A stretch of DNA of 64,000 nucleotides, taken from assembly GCA_002441245.1 (NCBI GenBank), contig DJVP01000011.1, positions 53,295-117,294 of the forward strand, read 5' to 3'. The stretch is from Candidatus Omnitrophica bacterium UBA6253. Its GTDB lineage: Bacteria; Omnitrophota; Gorgyraeia; Gygaellales; Profunditerraquicolaceae. This document shows positions 9,045 to 18,755 of this stretch, piece after piece (the stretch's first letter is position 1; every line of letters begins with the position of its first letter). The position numbers and the translations under genes are program-made. Under the pieces are notes generated by a model that was not told where the DNA came from, made no database searches, and saw only the letters and a program-made list of their open reading frames with translations.

Positions 9045-10464
9045 TGCTGAAGCCCAGGAAAAGCGGGTTGCAATAGTCCAGGATGGGCAGCTCCTTGAGT
9101 TTCATATCGAGCGGCCTCAGGACCGCACAATAGTAGGCAATATTTACAAAGGCAGGATCGAGGCGGTGATGCCTTCAATAGGCGCTGCCTTTGTTGATAT
9201 TGGATTGGTCAAGAATGGGTTTTTGTATTTATCGGAGATTGAATCCGCCTATGAATCTGTGGAAAGCCCGCAACAGACCCCGATTAAAGAAGTAAAAAAA
9301 GGCCAGGAGATCCTGGTCCAGGTGGTTAAAGAATCATTCGGCACTAAGGGGCCGCGTCTTTCTACGCAGATTGGCCTAGCCGGCAGGTACTTAGTAATTA
9401 TGCCGATGGATAAACAGGGAGGTATCTCTCGGCGCATCGAAGATGAAGCTGAGAGAAGGCGCCTGCGCGATATTTTCAGAGGGCTTAAATTTCCTACTCC
9501 GGTAGGTTTTATTGTGCGTACCGCTGCCAGCGGCCGTTCCGCACAGGAGTTGACCCGCGACGCGCAGTTCCTTTATAAATTATGGCAAAGGCTGGAGAAG
9601 GGTGCCCAGGGCAAAAAGGCCCCGGCCCTGGTTTACGAGGAATATGATTTAGCCCTGCGGGCAATCCGCGATTCTTTTACGGAAGATGTTACAAAGCTGA
9701 TTGTTGATTCCAAACCTGAATTTTACCGCATTCAGCATTTTATGCGTACTTTCTTAAGTTATTTATGCAAAAGGGTTGAGCTCCACAGGGGGGATGACCT
9801 TTTTGGCGCAAAAGACGTAGAAAAGCAGATCAACCGTATTTTTGAAAGCCATGTTTATATGAAATCCAAGGCCTACCTGATTATTGAGCCGACTGAAGGC
9901 TTGGTGGTAATTGATGTAAACAGCGGCGGTTTTAAGAAAAAGGTAAATCAGGAGGATATGGCTTTCAAGGTTAATGCGGAAGCCGCGCTTGAGATTGCCC
10001 GCCAACTGGTGTTGCGCGATTTAGGCGGGATAATCGTTATTGATTTTATTGATATGGAGCGTGAAGGCCACCGCAGGGAGTTGTTAAATATTCTGAAAAA
10101 AGCCTTGTCGAGCGACCGGGCAAAATATGATATAGAGGGAATTTCCAAATTCGGGATAGTGGAGATGACCCGCGAACGGATCCACAAAACCGTGCAGATG
10201 CTTTCTTTCCATCCCTGCCCTTATTGCAAGGGCAAAGGCAAGCTGCGTTCACCGCAAACCCTGGGAATTTTTGCTTTAAAAGAGCTTAAGCGTTATCTCA
10301 AGGGCAAAACCTTAAAACAGGCATCAGTTACCCTGGCACCGCCTGTAATTGATGAAATCTTAAAAGATAAGGAGGCCCTGGCTGCGATTGAGCGAAAATA
10401 CAGGATCAAAGTAAATTTGATCTCAAACCCAACTGCGCACCTGGAAGATATCAAGATATCCTAA
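9022..10464 (+). CDS. rng: Ribonuclease G/E family endoribonuclease
   Basis: 480 aa with an S1 domain near the N-terminus and an RNase E/G catalytic core (VIDVNSGGF, IVIDFIDME). There is no long C-terminal scaffold. Confidence 0.8.
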   Translation: MSKEILINAEAQEKRVAIVQDGQLLEFHIERPQDRTIVGNIYKGRIEAVMPSIGAAFVDIGLVKNGFLYLSEIESAYESVESPQQTPIKEVKKGQEILVQVVKESFGTKGPRLSTQIGLAGRYLVIMPMDKQGGISRRIEDEAERRRLRDIFRGLKFPTPVGFIVRTAASGRSAQELTRDAQFLYKLWQRLEKGAQGKKAPALVYEEYDLALRAIRDSFTEDVTKLIVDSKPEFYRIQHFMRTFLSYLCKRVELHRGDDLFGAKDVEKQINRIFESHVYMKSKAYLIIEPTEGLVVIDVNSGGFKKKVNQEDMAFKVNAEAALEIARQLVLRDLGGIIVIDFIDMEREGHRRELLNILKKALSSDRAKYDIEGISKFGIVEMTRERIHKTVQMLSFHPCPYCKGKGKLRSPQTLGIFALKELKRYLKGKTLKQASVTLAPPVIDEILKDKEALAAIERKYRIKVNLISNPTAHLEDIKIS

Positions 10465-10484
10465 GTTATAAGAGAAAATCGGAC

Positions 10485-10513
10485 TTGACCCTTAAATCCA
10501 TCGGATATATAAT
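10485..10513 (+). promoter_or_regulatory. Sigma70-like promoter for rplU: TTGACC-N17-TATAAT
   Basis: TTGACC lies at 10485-10490 and TATAAT at 10508-10513 with 17 bp spacing. An AAGGAGG RBS lies at ~10547 and the ATG at 10562. Confidence 0.45.
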
Positions 10514-10561
10514 ATATAATTCAAAATTAGCTGTATTTAGTTACCTTAAGGAGGATAACAA

Positions 10562-10879
10562 ATGTATGCGATAATTGAAGTTGGAGCAAAACAGTACAAT
10601 GTGAAAAAAGATGATATTATTGAAGTAAACAAGCAGGTATTTGAAAAAGGCAAGAATATTATCCTGGATAAAGTTTTGTTGGTTGGCAGTAGTAAAGCCG
10701 TAGAGATTGGACAGCCTTATGTTAAAGGCGCTAAGGTTGAAGCAGTGGTTCTTGGCCAGACTAAAGGCGAAAAGACTACAGCTTATAAATACCGCCGCAG
10801 AAAGAATTGGCATTGGGAGAAAGGACACCGTGCCCAGCTTACTGAGCTTAAAATAAAATCTATTGATTTAGGCCTGTAA
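10562..10879 (+). CDS. rplU: 50S ribosomal protein L21
   Basis: 105 aa. MYAIIEVGAKQYNV...KYRRRKNWHWEKGHRAQLTELKI is the bL21 signature. Confidence 0.9.
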   Translation: MYAIIEVGAKQYNVKKDDIIEVNKQVFEKGKNIILDKVLLVGSSKAVEIGQPYVKGAKVEAVVLGQTKGEKTTAYKYRRRKNWHWEKGHRAQLTELKIKSIDLGL

Positions 10880-11832
10880 TGTTCATTGACAGCTCTAAAA
10901 TAAACGTCCGGGCTGGCAGTGGGGGTAAAGGGTGCAAAAGTATCTACCGCGACAAGTATCAACGTCAAGGAAAAGCTGATGGCGGAGACGGGGGCAAAGG
11001 CGCTGATATTATCTTTCGCGCAGACCACAATCTGCTTACGCTTTTGGATTTTCAATATCATCGGCATTTTTTTGGCGCACACGGAGGCCACGGCAGCAGT
11101 AATCATAAAAAAGGCAGGGCCGCAGAGGATGTAATCGTACGCGTCCCGCTGGGGACAGTGATAAGAGATGCCACAACAGGTTCTCTTCTGCGTGATTTAA
11201 ATGAAGATGGGCAGGAAGTAATTGTTGCCAAGGGCGGAAAGGGCGGGATAGGCAATTGGCATCGTAAAGAAGCGACTCCCGGAGAGTCAGGCGAAGAAAG
11301 GGAAGTTATTTTAGATTTAAAACTCCTGGCTGATGTGGGGGTAGTGGGATTTCCTAATGCGGGAAAATCCACATTGATAACGGCAATATCAAATGCCCGG
11401 CCGAAAATTGCAGCTTACCCGTTTACGACTATGGGGCCGGTTTTAGGAATTGTAAATTCTGGGCATAAAAAATTTGTTATTGCGGATCTGCCTGGTTTGA
11501 TTGAGGGGGCTTCAGAAGGGCGCGGGCTGGGAGATAAATTCCTAAAGCATGTTGAACGTACCAAGGTCTTGATTCACATGGTGGATATTGCTGGTTTTGA
11601 GGGCAGGGACCCGGTAGATGATTATAAAAAGATTAACCTGGAATTAAAGAATTACAACAAAGTTGTTTATAAAAAACCGCAGGTTATTTGTGCCAACAAA
11701 ATGGATATTGAAGGCGCAGAGAAAAATTTAAAAAGGTTCAAGAAGTTAATTAAAAATCCTGTTTATGCGGTTTCGGCATTAGAGAAGACAAATTTAGGGG
11801 AGTTAATTGATGCGGTCGCAAAGAAATTATAA
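10879..11832 (+). CDS. obg: GTPase Obg/CgtA
   Basis: Obg N-terminal glycine-rich fold (GGDGGKGADIIF) followed by a G domain with GFPNAGKST and DLPG motifs. The start codon overlaps the rplU stop (TAATG). Confidence 0.9.
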   Translation: MFIDSSKINVRAGSGGKGCKSIYRDKYQRQGKADGGDGGKGADIIFRADHNLLTLLDFQYHRHFFGAHGGHGSSNHKKGRAAEDVIVRVPLGTVIRDATTGSLLRDLNEDGQEVIVAKGGKGGIGNWHRKEATPGESGEEREVILDLKLLADVGVVGFPNAGKSTLITAISNARPKIAAYPFTTMGPVLGIVNSGHKKFVIADLPGLIEGASEGRGLGDKFLKHVERTKVLIHMVDIAGFEGRDPVDDYKKINLELKNYNKVVYKKPQVICANKMDIEGAEKNLKRFKKLIKNPVYAVSALEKTNLGELIDAVAKKL

Positions 11833-12577
11833 AAGAATTGTAATCAAGATCGGCTCAAGCCTGTTTTCCAGCCAGAAGTCAAAGCTGGATATGGGGCTGG
11901 TTAAAAACATTGCCGGACAGATCTCTGATTTGATAAGGCAGGGCAAAGAGGTGGTGGTTGTTTCTTCGGGAGCTATTGCTTTGGGTATGTCAATTTTAAA
12001 GCTTACAAAACGGCCCAAAGAGCTGCAATACCTTCAGGCTGCCGCGGCCATTGGCCAGCATGAGTTAATGCACGTCTATAAGCTTGCGCTTAATAAATAT
12101 AAATTAAATTGCGCCCAGTTGCTACTTACCTGGGATGATTTCCTTGGAGTGCGTTATGCAAATGCAAAACATACACTGAATACATTGCTAAAATTAAAAT
12201 GTGTACCGATCATAAATGAGAACGACACAGTTGCAACTGAAGAGATCAAGTTTGGAGACAATGACCGTTTATCTGCCTTAGTCTCCATATTGGTAGGCTC
12301 AGACCTTTTAATTATTCTTTCTGATGTGGAAGGTTTATTGGATAAGAATAAAAAAGTTATACGCAGGGTGGATAAAATTACGGGTGAAATAAAATCTTTG
12401 GCTTGTCCGATCAATAAGAGGACCTGTGTTGGAGGGATGACGACCAAAATAGAGGCAGCGCGCATCGCCGTTGAAGGGGGAGTCCCTTGTGTAATTACTA
12501 ATGGGCGAAAGAGCAGAATTGTCAGCCAGTTGGCAAATAACCCTTTTTGCCAAGGTACTATATTTTTACCTAAATGA
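11807..12577 (+). CDS. proB: Glutamate 5-kinase (no PUA domain)
   Basis: IVIKIGSSLF...VVVVSSGAIALG...ENDTVATEEIKFGDNDRLSA matches the amino-acid kinase family of ProB. Confidence 0.85.
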   Translation: MMRSQRNYKRIVIKIGSSLFSSQKSKLDMGLVKNIAGQISDLIRQGKEVVVVSSGAIALGMSILKLTKRPKELQYLQAAAAIGQHELMHVYKLALNKYKLNCAQLLLTWDDFLGVRYANAKHTLNTLLKLKCVPIINENDTVATEEIKFGDNDRLSALVSILVGSDLLIILSDVEGLLDKNKKVIRRVDKITGEIKSLACPINKRTCVGGMTTKIEAARIAVEGGVPCVITNGRKSRIVSQLANNPFCQGTIFLPK

Positions 12578-13830
12578 AGAAAAACCTTAAAAAAGAAATA
12601 GAGGGTATCGCAAAAATGGCTTTAGCAGCTTCCCGCCTGCTGGCTAATTTAACTTCTGATGCCAAAAACGCGGTGCTTAAAGACATGGCTGCCGCTTTGT
12701 TGAGCAATAAGCAGGATATTTTGAAAGCAAACAGGAAGGATATCAGCTCCTCCCGCAGCAAGGGCAAGGCCTTTATCGACCGGCTTACCTTGGATGAGGC
12801 AAGGATCAGGCAGATGGCAGGCGCCTTGCTCGATGTTACCAGGCTTAAGGATCCGGTGGGCGAGCTTATGCGCGGCTGGAATACTGATAGCGGCTTGCGT
12901 ATCCAGAAGGTGCGTTCGCCTATCGGAGTTATCGCTATAATTTATGAATCCCGGCCTAATGTTACCGCGGATTGTGTCGGGCTTTGCCTTAAGTCAGGCA
13001 ACAGCGTAATTTTACGCGGCGGAAGCGAATCTTTGAATTCCAATCTTGCCATTTACAATGCGCTTAATTCGGCGATACAAAAACACGGTTTACCTTGCGG
13101 ATCAATCAGCCTGATTAAGACACCTGACCGCAAGGCAGTAGATATATTGTTAAAGTTAAATAATTATATTGATGTAGTTATCCCCCGCGGCGGAGAGGAG
13201 CTGATTAAGAAGGTAGTTAGTTCTTCGCGCATTCCTGTGATCAAGCATTATAAGGGGATTTGCCATGTTTATGTGGATGCCTGGGCGGATTTGAATATGG
13301 CGGAAAAGATTTGCTTTAACGCCAAGGTGCAGCGGCCGGGAGTTTGTAATGCAATGGAAAGCATGCTGGTGCATCGCGATGTAGCTATAAGATTTCTGCC
13401 GGGGATGCTTAAAAAGTTTAAAGAGGCTGGGGTTCAAATCCGCGGGTGCGCCTTTACCCGGAAGATCGCTAAGTGGGTGCAGCGCGCCACCGAAAAAGAC
13501 TACCGCACTGAATACCTGGATTTGATTCTTTCGGTCAAGGTAGTTGAGGATTTAGATGAGGCAATCGCCCATATAAATAATTATGGTTCGCACCATTCGG
13601 ATAGTATTGTTACGGATGATTATGACGAGGCCTTGAAATTTTTAAGGCAGGTGGATTCAGCCTGTGTTTACCTGAATGCCTCAACCCGTTTTACAGACGG
13701 AAATCAGTTTGGCATGGGCGCCGAGATCGGTATCTCAACAGATAAATTGCATGCCCGAGGGCCTATGGCACTAGAAGAGTTGACTACCTATAAATATATG
13801 GTTTTCGGCTCTGGCCAGGTGAGGCAATGA
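12574..13830 (+). CDS. proA: Gamma-glutamyl phosphate reductase
   Basis: 418 aa in the aldehyde dehydrogenase superfamily. It contains IYESRPNVT and CNAMESMLVH and follows proB with a 4-nt overlap. Confidence 0.9.
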   Translation: MKKNLKKEIEGIAKMALAASRLLANLTSDAKNAVLKDMAAALLSNKQDILKANRKDISSSRSKGKAFIDRLTLDEARIRQMAGALLDVTRLKDPVGELMRGWNTDSGLRIQKVRSPIGVIAIIYESRPNVTADCVGLCLKSGNSVILRGGSESLNSNLAIYNALNSAIQKHGLPCGSISLIKTPDRKAVDILLKLNNYIDVVIPRGGEELIKKVVSSSRIPVIKHYKGICHVYVDAWADLNMAEKICFNAKVQRPGVCNAMESMLVHRDVAIRFLPGMLKKFKEAGVQIRGCAFTRKIAKWVQRATEKDYRTEYLDLILSVKVVEDLDEAIAHINNYGSHHSDSIVTDDYDEALKFLRQVDSACVYLNASTRFTDGNQFGMGAEIGISTDKLHARGPMALEELTTYKYMVFGSGQVRQ

Positions 13831-14393
13831 AGATTGGCATCTTAGGCGGAACTTTTAATCCGGTGCACATCGGCCATTTGATTCTGGCAGAGGAGGCAAG
13901 AGAGAAATTAGGGCTGGATAAGATTATCTTTATTCCTACAGCCTTGCCGCCGCACAAGGATAATTTAAATATTGCTCCGGCGGATAAAAGGCTAAAAATG
14001 TTAAAGTTGGCCATAAGGGGCAACCGGCACTTTGCAGTTTCGGATATTGAAGTTAAACGCATGGGCCGTTCTTATACGATTGATACATTGAAAGAATTGA
14101 AGTGCAGATACAGCCGTGATGAGCTTTATTTTATTATTGGTTCTGACCTGCTTAAATATTTAAATGAGTGGAAGGATTTAAGCGAAATAACCAAGATGGT
14201 AAAATTTGTAGTTGCAACGCGGCCGGGTTACCCTCTTGAGCAGATACCGCATTACATGCAGACTTTAGCTATCCGAGCAGTAGATGTTTCAGGTTTTGAA
14301 GTGCGGCAGGCAGTGGCGAAGAATAAGTCATTCGGTTACCTGGTGACAGATAAGGTTTTTGACTATATCAAGAAAAGCAAGCTCTATAAGTAG
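13827..14393 (+). CDS. nadD: Nicotinate-nucleotide adenylyltransferase
   Basis: MKIGILGGTFNPVHIGHL carries the (H/T)xGH nucleotidyltransferase motif. The TAG stop at 14391-14393 lies inside the first repeat module. Confidence 0.85.
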   Translation: MKIGILGGTFNPVHIGHLILAEEAREKLGLDKIIFIPTALPPHKDNLNIAPADKRLKMLKLAIRGNRHFAVSDIEVKRMGRSYTIDTLKELKCRYSRDELYFIIGSDLLKYLNEWKDLSEITKMVKFVVATRPGYPLEQIPHYMQTLAIRAVDVSGFEVRQAVAKNKSFGYLVTDKVFDYIKKSKLYK

Positions 14394-14548
14394 ACAGTCT
14401 ATATAATTATTTGATAATAGATGAGTTATGAAACAAATACATGTAAGAGAGAGGAACATAATAAAATAAGAAGTTGTTTTAGTTATTTTGAATCAAAATA
14501 TTTGTTTTATAAATAATTGGTTTGCAAGATGTTACATACACTGTCTAC
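14390..14548. repeat. REPIN-like inverted doublet of the GTAGAC-W-GTCTAC module; it fills the whole nadD-rpe intergenic region.
   Basis: The left arm at 14390-14402 is GTAGACAGTCTAT. The right arm at 14537-14548 is TACACTGTCTAC. Both arms align over ~50 nt with the other module copies (AATATTTGTTTTRTAAC ... TTACGTAGACTGTCTAC). Confidence 0.6.
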
Positions 14549-14549
14549 T

Positions 14550-15197
14550 ATGATAAAGATAGCGCCATCAATATTATCGGCTGATTTTAGTAATCTTGCG
14601 CTTGAGCTTAAAAAGATTGAACGTGCGGGAGCGGATTTAGTCCATGTTGATATAATGGACGGGCATTTCGTGCCGAATATTACAATCGGTCCGGTAGTCG
14701 TAAAATATATACGCAGTTCGACCAGGCTTCCTCTGGATGTGCATTTGATGATTGAAAATCCTGCTAAATATATAGGCGCCTTTATCAACGCCGGAAGCGA
14801 TATGATTACTGTGCATATTGAGGTTGTAGCCTTAAAAGAATTGGCAGCTATTGCCAGGGTGTTAAAGAAAAACGGGATAAAACTGGGGATTTCGTTAAAT
14901 CCGGCAACCCCTTTATCCAGGATTAAGAAAGCCTTGCCGCTGGTCGATTTTGTTTTGGTGATGTCGGTTAACCCCGGATTCGGCGGACAGGCCTTTATTC
15001 CGTCAGCGTTAAATAAAATACGCCAGCTTCGCGCAATCTTTAAAAAAGATATCGCCGTAGACGGAGGGATTAATAATGTTACCGGCAAGCAGGTAAGGCA
15101 GGCAGGGGCAAATATCCTTGCCGCAGGTTCGTATATTTTTGGGGCAAAGAATACAAAAAAAGCAATTAACAGTTTAAGAAAGGACGAGACTCGATGA
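14550..15197 (+). CDS. rpe: Ribulose-phosphate 3-epimerase
   Basis: MIKIAPSILSADFSNL...VHVDIMDGHFVPN...GG. The likely true start ATG at 14550 sits 2 nt after the repeat. The track ORF starts at 14517, inside the repeat. Confidence 0.85.
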   Translation: MIKIAPSILSADFSNLALELKKIERAGADLVHVDIMDGHFVPNITIGPVVVKYIRSSTRLPLDVHLMIENPAKYIGAFINAGSDMITVHIEVVALKELAAIARVLKKNGIKLGISLNPATPLSRIKKALPLVDFVLVMSVNPGFGGQAFIPSALNKIRQLRAIFKKDIAVDGGINNVTGKQVRQAGANILAAGSYIFGAKNTKKAINSLRKDETR

Positions 15198-16585
15198 GCA
15201 ATGCAGTTTCACAAATCAAATTCGGCACCGACGGTTGGAGGGCGATTATCGCAGATACTTATACTTTGGAAAACGTAAGGATTTTGAGCCAGGCAGTGGC
15301 GGATTACCTGGGCAGCGGCAAGAAAGTTGGGATTGGATATGATACGCGTTTCATGTCCGCTAAATTTGCCGAGGCAGCTGCAATAGTATTAAAGAATAAC
15401 GGTATGGAGGTTGTCCTTTCTGACAGGCCCACGCCTACGCCGGCATTAAGTTTTGTTGTAAAGTCGCGTAAGCTGGACTTAGGGATTATGATTACCGCTT
15501 CGCATAACCCGGCAGAGTACAATGGTTTTAAAATTAAGAATTCCGCTGGCGGCGGAGCTAGCCAGGAGTTAACGCGGGAGGTTGAAGGTTTACTTGGCAA
15601 GAGCCCGGTAAAAGATGCAACTTTGCTTGAGCCGATTAAGGCCGTGGATATCACTAAGGATTATATAAAGTTTATCCGCAATTATGTTGATTTAAAGAAG
15701 ATCAAAAATAAAAAGTTTAAAGTCTTGGTTGATTCTATGTATGGCTCCGGAGACAGCTTCATTGCTCAGGTACTTAAGGGTACAAGCATAAAACTGGAGT
15801 TTATGCGCAATACGATCAATCCTTCTTTTGGCGGAGGCAGGCCTGAGCCGGTGGAAGAAAACCTGAAAGAATTAAAGGAACGAGTAAAAAAGGAGAAGTT
15901 TGATTTAGGTATTGCTTTAGACGGCGATGCCGACAGGATAGCCGCGGTTGCACCCGGTGGAGTATTTATCCACCCACAGAAGATATTAGGGTTGTTGGCT
16001 TTGCATCTAAACCAGGACAGGCATTGGAGCGGCGGCTTGGTCAAGACAATTTGCGGTACGACGATGATGGATAATATCGCAAAATTCCTGGGGATTAAAC
16101 TTTATGAAACTCCCGTAGGCTTCAAATACATCTCAAATCTCATGGAGACTGAAGATATCGTTGCCGGAGGAGAAGAAGCTGGCGGTATGGGTGTAAAGGG
16201 CTATATCCCTGAACGCGATGGGACTATGGCAGGGCTTTTGCTGATTGAAATGATGGTTTATCGCAACAAGAATATGCTGAAGATTTTAAACGAGGCTGAA
16301 AAATCGTTTGGTAAATATTATTATGTGCGTCAGGATTTGCATTTAACTAAACGTGTTGAGCCAAGAAAAGAAAGTTTGCCATCTGAATTATTAGGCAAAA
16401 AGGTTGTGGATGTCAAAGATTACGATGGCATAAAACTTATCTGTGAAGACCAGAGCTGGCTGATGTTCCGCAGCTCGGGGACTGAGCCGATTATGCGCAC
16501 CTACGCTGAGGCAAAGAGCCTCCTGCGGGCAAATAAGCTGCTTGCGTTGGGAAAGGAAATAATTTTGAAAGATGTACAGATTTAG
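15194..16585 (+). CDS. Phosphomannomutase/phosphoglucomutase (alpha-D-phosphohexomutase)
   Basis: The active-site loop ITASHNPAEYNGFK (phospho-Ser) and the GDGDADR metal-binding loop are both present. Confidence 0.85.
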   Translation: MSNAVSQIKFGTDGWRAIIADTYTLENVRILSQAVADYLGSGKKVGIGYDTRFMSAKFAEAAAIVLKNNGMEVVLSDRPTPTPALSFVVKSRKLDLGIMITASHNPAEYNGFKIKNSAGGGASQELTREVEGLLGKSPVKDATLLEPIKAVDITKDYIKFIRNYVDLKKIKNKKFKVLVDSMYGSGDSFIAQVLKGTSIKLEFMRNTINPSFGGGRPEPVEENLKELKERVKKEKFDLGIALDGDADRIAAVAPGGVFIHPQKILGLLALHLNQDRHWSGGLVKTICGTTMMDNIAKFLGIKLYETPVGFKYISNLMETEDIVAGGEEAGGMGVKGYIPERDGTMAGLLLIEMMVYRNKNMLKILNEAEKSFGKYYYVRQDLHLTKRVEPRKESLPSELLGKKVVDVKDYDGIKLICEDQSWLMFRSSGTEPIMRTYAEAKSLLRANKLLALGKEIILKDVQI

Positions 16586-17159
16586 CCGGTTTGTATTGCT
16601 GATAATTTTGAAATTATTTTTCCTTTTTGAAGTTAAGGGCAGGGAAAATATTCCTAAGGAAGGCGGATTTATCTTGGCGGCTAACCACGTCAGCTACCTT
16701 GACCCTATAGCCGTAGGCGCAGCCTGCCCGAGGACAGTGCATTTTATGGCCCGGGATAATTTATTCTTTAAGCCGTTTCTTAAATCATGGCTTAAGGCAG
16801 TTGGTGTTATCCCGCTTAAAAGAAACGCCGCGGATTTATCGGCGATTAAGACAGGATTAAGGATTGTGCATAAGGCAGGGGCATTAGCGTTATTCCCTGA
16901 AGGCACGCGAAGGACAAAAGAAAATATGTATTTAAACCCTGAGCCGGGAGTAGGGTTTTTGGCGGCAAAGGGAGGTGTGCCGGTGATTCCAGCTTTTGTT
17001 TCCGGCACATATAAAGCAATGCCGAGGCAGGCGCGGTCACTGCATTTAACAAAAATATCCGTGTACTTCGGAGAAGAAATTCATATAGAAAGGGGGAGGT
17101 CTTATCAGGAAATTTCGCATCTGATAATGGCTAATATCAAGCAATTATCACTTAATTAG
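16572..17159 (+). CDS. plsC: 1-acyl-sn-glycerol-3-phosphate acyltransferase
   Basis: HX4D motif AANHVSYLDP and FPEGTRR motif. Confidence 0.75.
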   Translation: MYRFSRFVLLIILKLFFLFEVKGRENIPKEGGFILAANHVSYLDPIAVGAACPRTVHFMARDNLFFKPFLKSWLKAVGVIPLKRNAADLSAIKTGLRIVHKAGALALFPEGTRRTKENMYLNPEPGVGFLAAKGGVPVIPAFVSGTYKAMPRQARSLHLTKISVYFGEEIHIERGRSYQEISHLIMANIKQLSLN

Positions 17160-17210
17160 TTATTTAAAACTAAAAAATCAAAATCTAATAAAGAAAGGAA
17201 GTAATTTAAA

Positions 17211-18755
17211 ATGTCAAGCATGACAAGAGAAGAATTAGAGCAGATGTATAATCAAAGCATTAAAGTTTTAAAAGAAGGCCAGGTAGTTACCGGAAAAATT
17301 GTGGGGATTAAGAGCAAGGAAGTTTTAGTGGATGTGGGTTTTAAATCCGAAGGGATTGTTCCGATTACGGAATTCAGCTCCGGAGATTTAGAGACTGGCA
17401 AGGAGATGGAGTTTTTGCTTGAGACTATGGAAAATGACGCCGGGGTAATGACCTTGTCACGCGAAAAGGCCATGCGTATGCAGGGTTGGGATAAGATTGT
17501 CAAGTTGTCTAATGAAGGCACTTTAGTTGAAGGTAAGCCGGTAAAGAAGGTTAAAGGCGGATTCCTGGTTGATATTATGGGAATCGAAGGGTTCTTGCCC
17601 AGTTCGCTTTCCTCCTTTCGTAATATTCCGGACAAGGATATATTGTATAAGATGTTTAAGTTTAAGATTGTTAAGGTGAATAATCTTCGCCGTAGTATTA
17701 TTGTCAGCCGCCGCGAAGCAGTGCAGGCAGACAGGGATGTGGCCAAGGGCAAGATTTGGGGAGAATTAAAGATCGGCAATATCTATCCTGGGTTAGTTAA
17801 AGCGATTACCGATTTCGGCGCTTTTATTGATCTAGGCGGGGTAGACGGCCTGTTGCATATTACGGATATGTCCTGGTCAAAGATCAGCCATCCGAGCGAG
17901 ATTGTGGCTATCGGGGATAAGATTGAGATCATGGTTTTAAATATGGATCAGGCATCAGGCAAGGTTTCTTTGGGCCTCAAACAGAGGCTTGCTGACCCAT
18001 GGCAGGATATCGGCGAGAAATTCAGTGTTGGAGCAAAGGTAAAAGGTAAGGTAGTTAACATACTGCCTTACGGAGTTTTTGTGGAGTTGGAAAAAGGGAT
18101 TGAAGGCTTAATCCATGTTTCCGAGATCTCCTGGACTAAACGCGTGAATAATCCGGGCGAGATGTTTGCCGTCGGAGATATACTGGAAACTCAGATTCTA
18201 AGCGTGGAAAAAGAATCCCGAAGGATATCCTTGAGTTTAAAACAGTTGGAGCAGAACCCTTGGACTGAAGCCGAAGCTAAATATCCGGTAGGCGCAAAGG
18301 TATCCGGTAAAGTCCGCGGCTTCACTGATTACGGTGCATTTGTCGAGTTGGATTCTAACCTTGAGGGGATGATCCATGTGTCTGACCTTTCCTGGACCAA
18401 GAGGATAGGTCATCCGCAGGATGTATTAAAGAAAGGGCAGAAGATTGATGTCACTGTACTTTCTGTTGATGCTACCAACCGCAGGATTGCTTTAGGATTA
18501 AAGCAGTTGCAGGATAACCCCTGGTCAAAGATAGCTGAGAAGTATCCTCTGGATACTGTATTGGAAGCTGAGGTGTCCAGCCTGACGGAGTTTGGCGTGT
18601 TTGCTAAGTTAGATGATGAACTGGAAGGCTTGATTTACTCTAGTGAAATCGAGAAAGAAACAGTTGCCAATTTGAAACCCGGAGATAAAATAAAGGTAAA
18701 GGTAATCAAGGTGGATGTGGAGCAGGCTAAGATCGGCCTGACTGCCCGTTTATAA
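17211..18755 (+). CDS. rpsA: 30S ribosomal protein S1 (multiple S1 domains)
   Basis: 514 aa with repeated S1 motifs (G.V..I.DFGAFVDL, GL.HISE). Confidence 0.9.
   Translation: MSSMTREELEQMYNQSIKVLKEGQVVTGKIVGIKSKEVLVDVGFKSEGIVPITEFSSGDLETGKEMEFLLETMENDAGVMTLSREKAMRMQGWDKIVKLSNEGTLVEGKPVKKVKGGFLVDIMGIEGFLPSSLSSFRNIPDKDILYKMFKFKIVKVNNLRRSIIVSRREAVQADRDVAKGKIWGELKIGNIYPGLVKAITDFGAFIDLGGVDGLLHITDMSWSKISHPSEIVAIGDKIEIMVLNMDQASGKVSLGLKQRLADPWQDIGEKFSVGAKVKGKVVNILPYGVFVELEKGIEGLIHVSEISWTKRVNNPGEMFAVGDILETQILSVEKESRRISLSLKQLEQNPWTEAEAKYPVGAKVSGKVRGFTDYGAFVELDSNLEGMIHVSDLSWTKRIGHPQDVLKKGQKIDVTVLSVDATNRRIALGLKQLQDNPWSKIAEKYPLDTVLEAEVSSLTEFGVFAKLDDELEGLIYSSEIEKETVANLKPGDKIKVKVIKVDVEQAKIGLTARL

Noticed and set aside
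13427-13440. GGTTCAAATCCGCG, which resembles a tRNA T-arm
   Set aside because: It is inside the conserved proA coding sequence. No acceptor stem or anticodon arm can be built around it, so the match is coincidental.
17849-17858. GGTAGACGGCC inside rpsA resembling half of the dyad
   Set aside because: Only a 6-nt GTAGAC match inside a coding region, with no partner half and no flanking module sequence.
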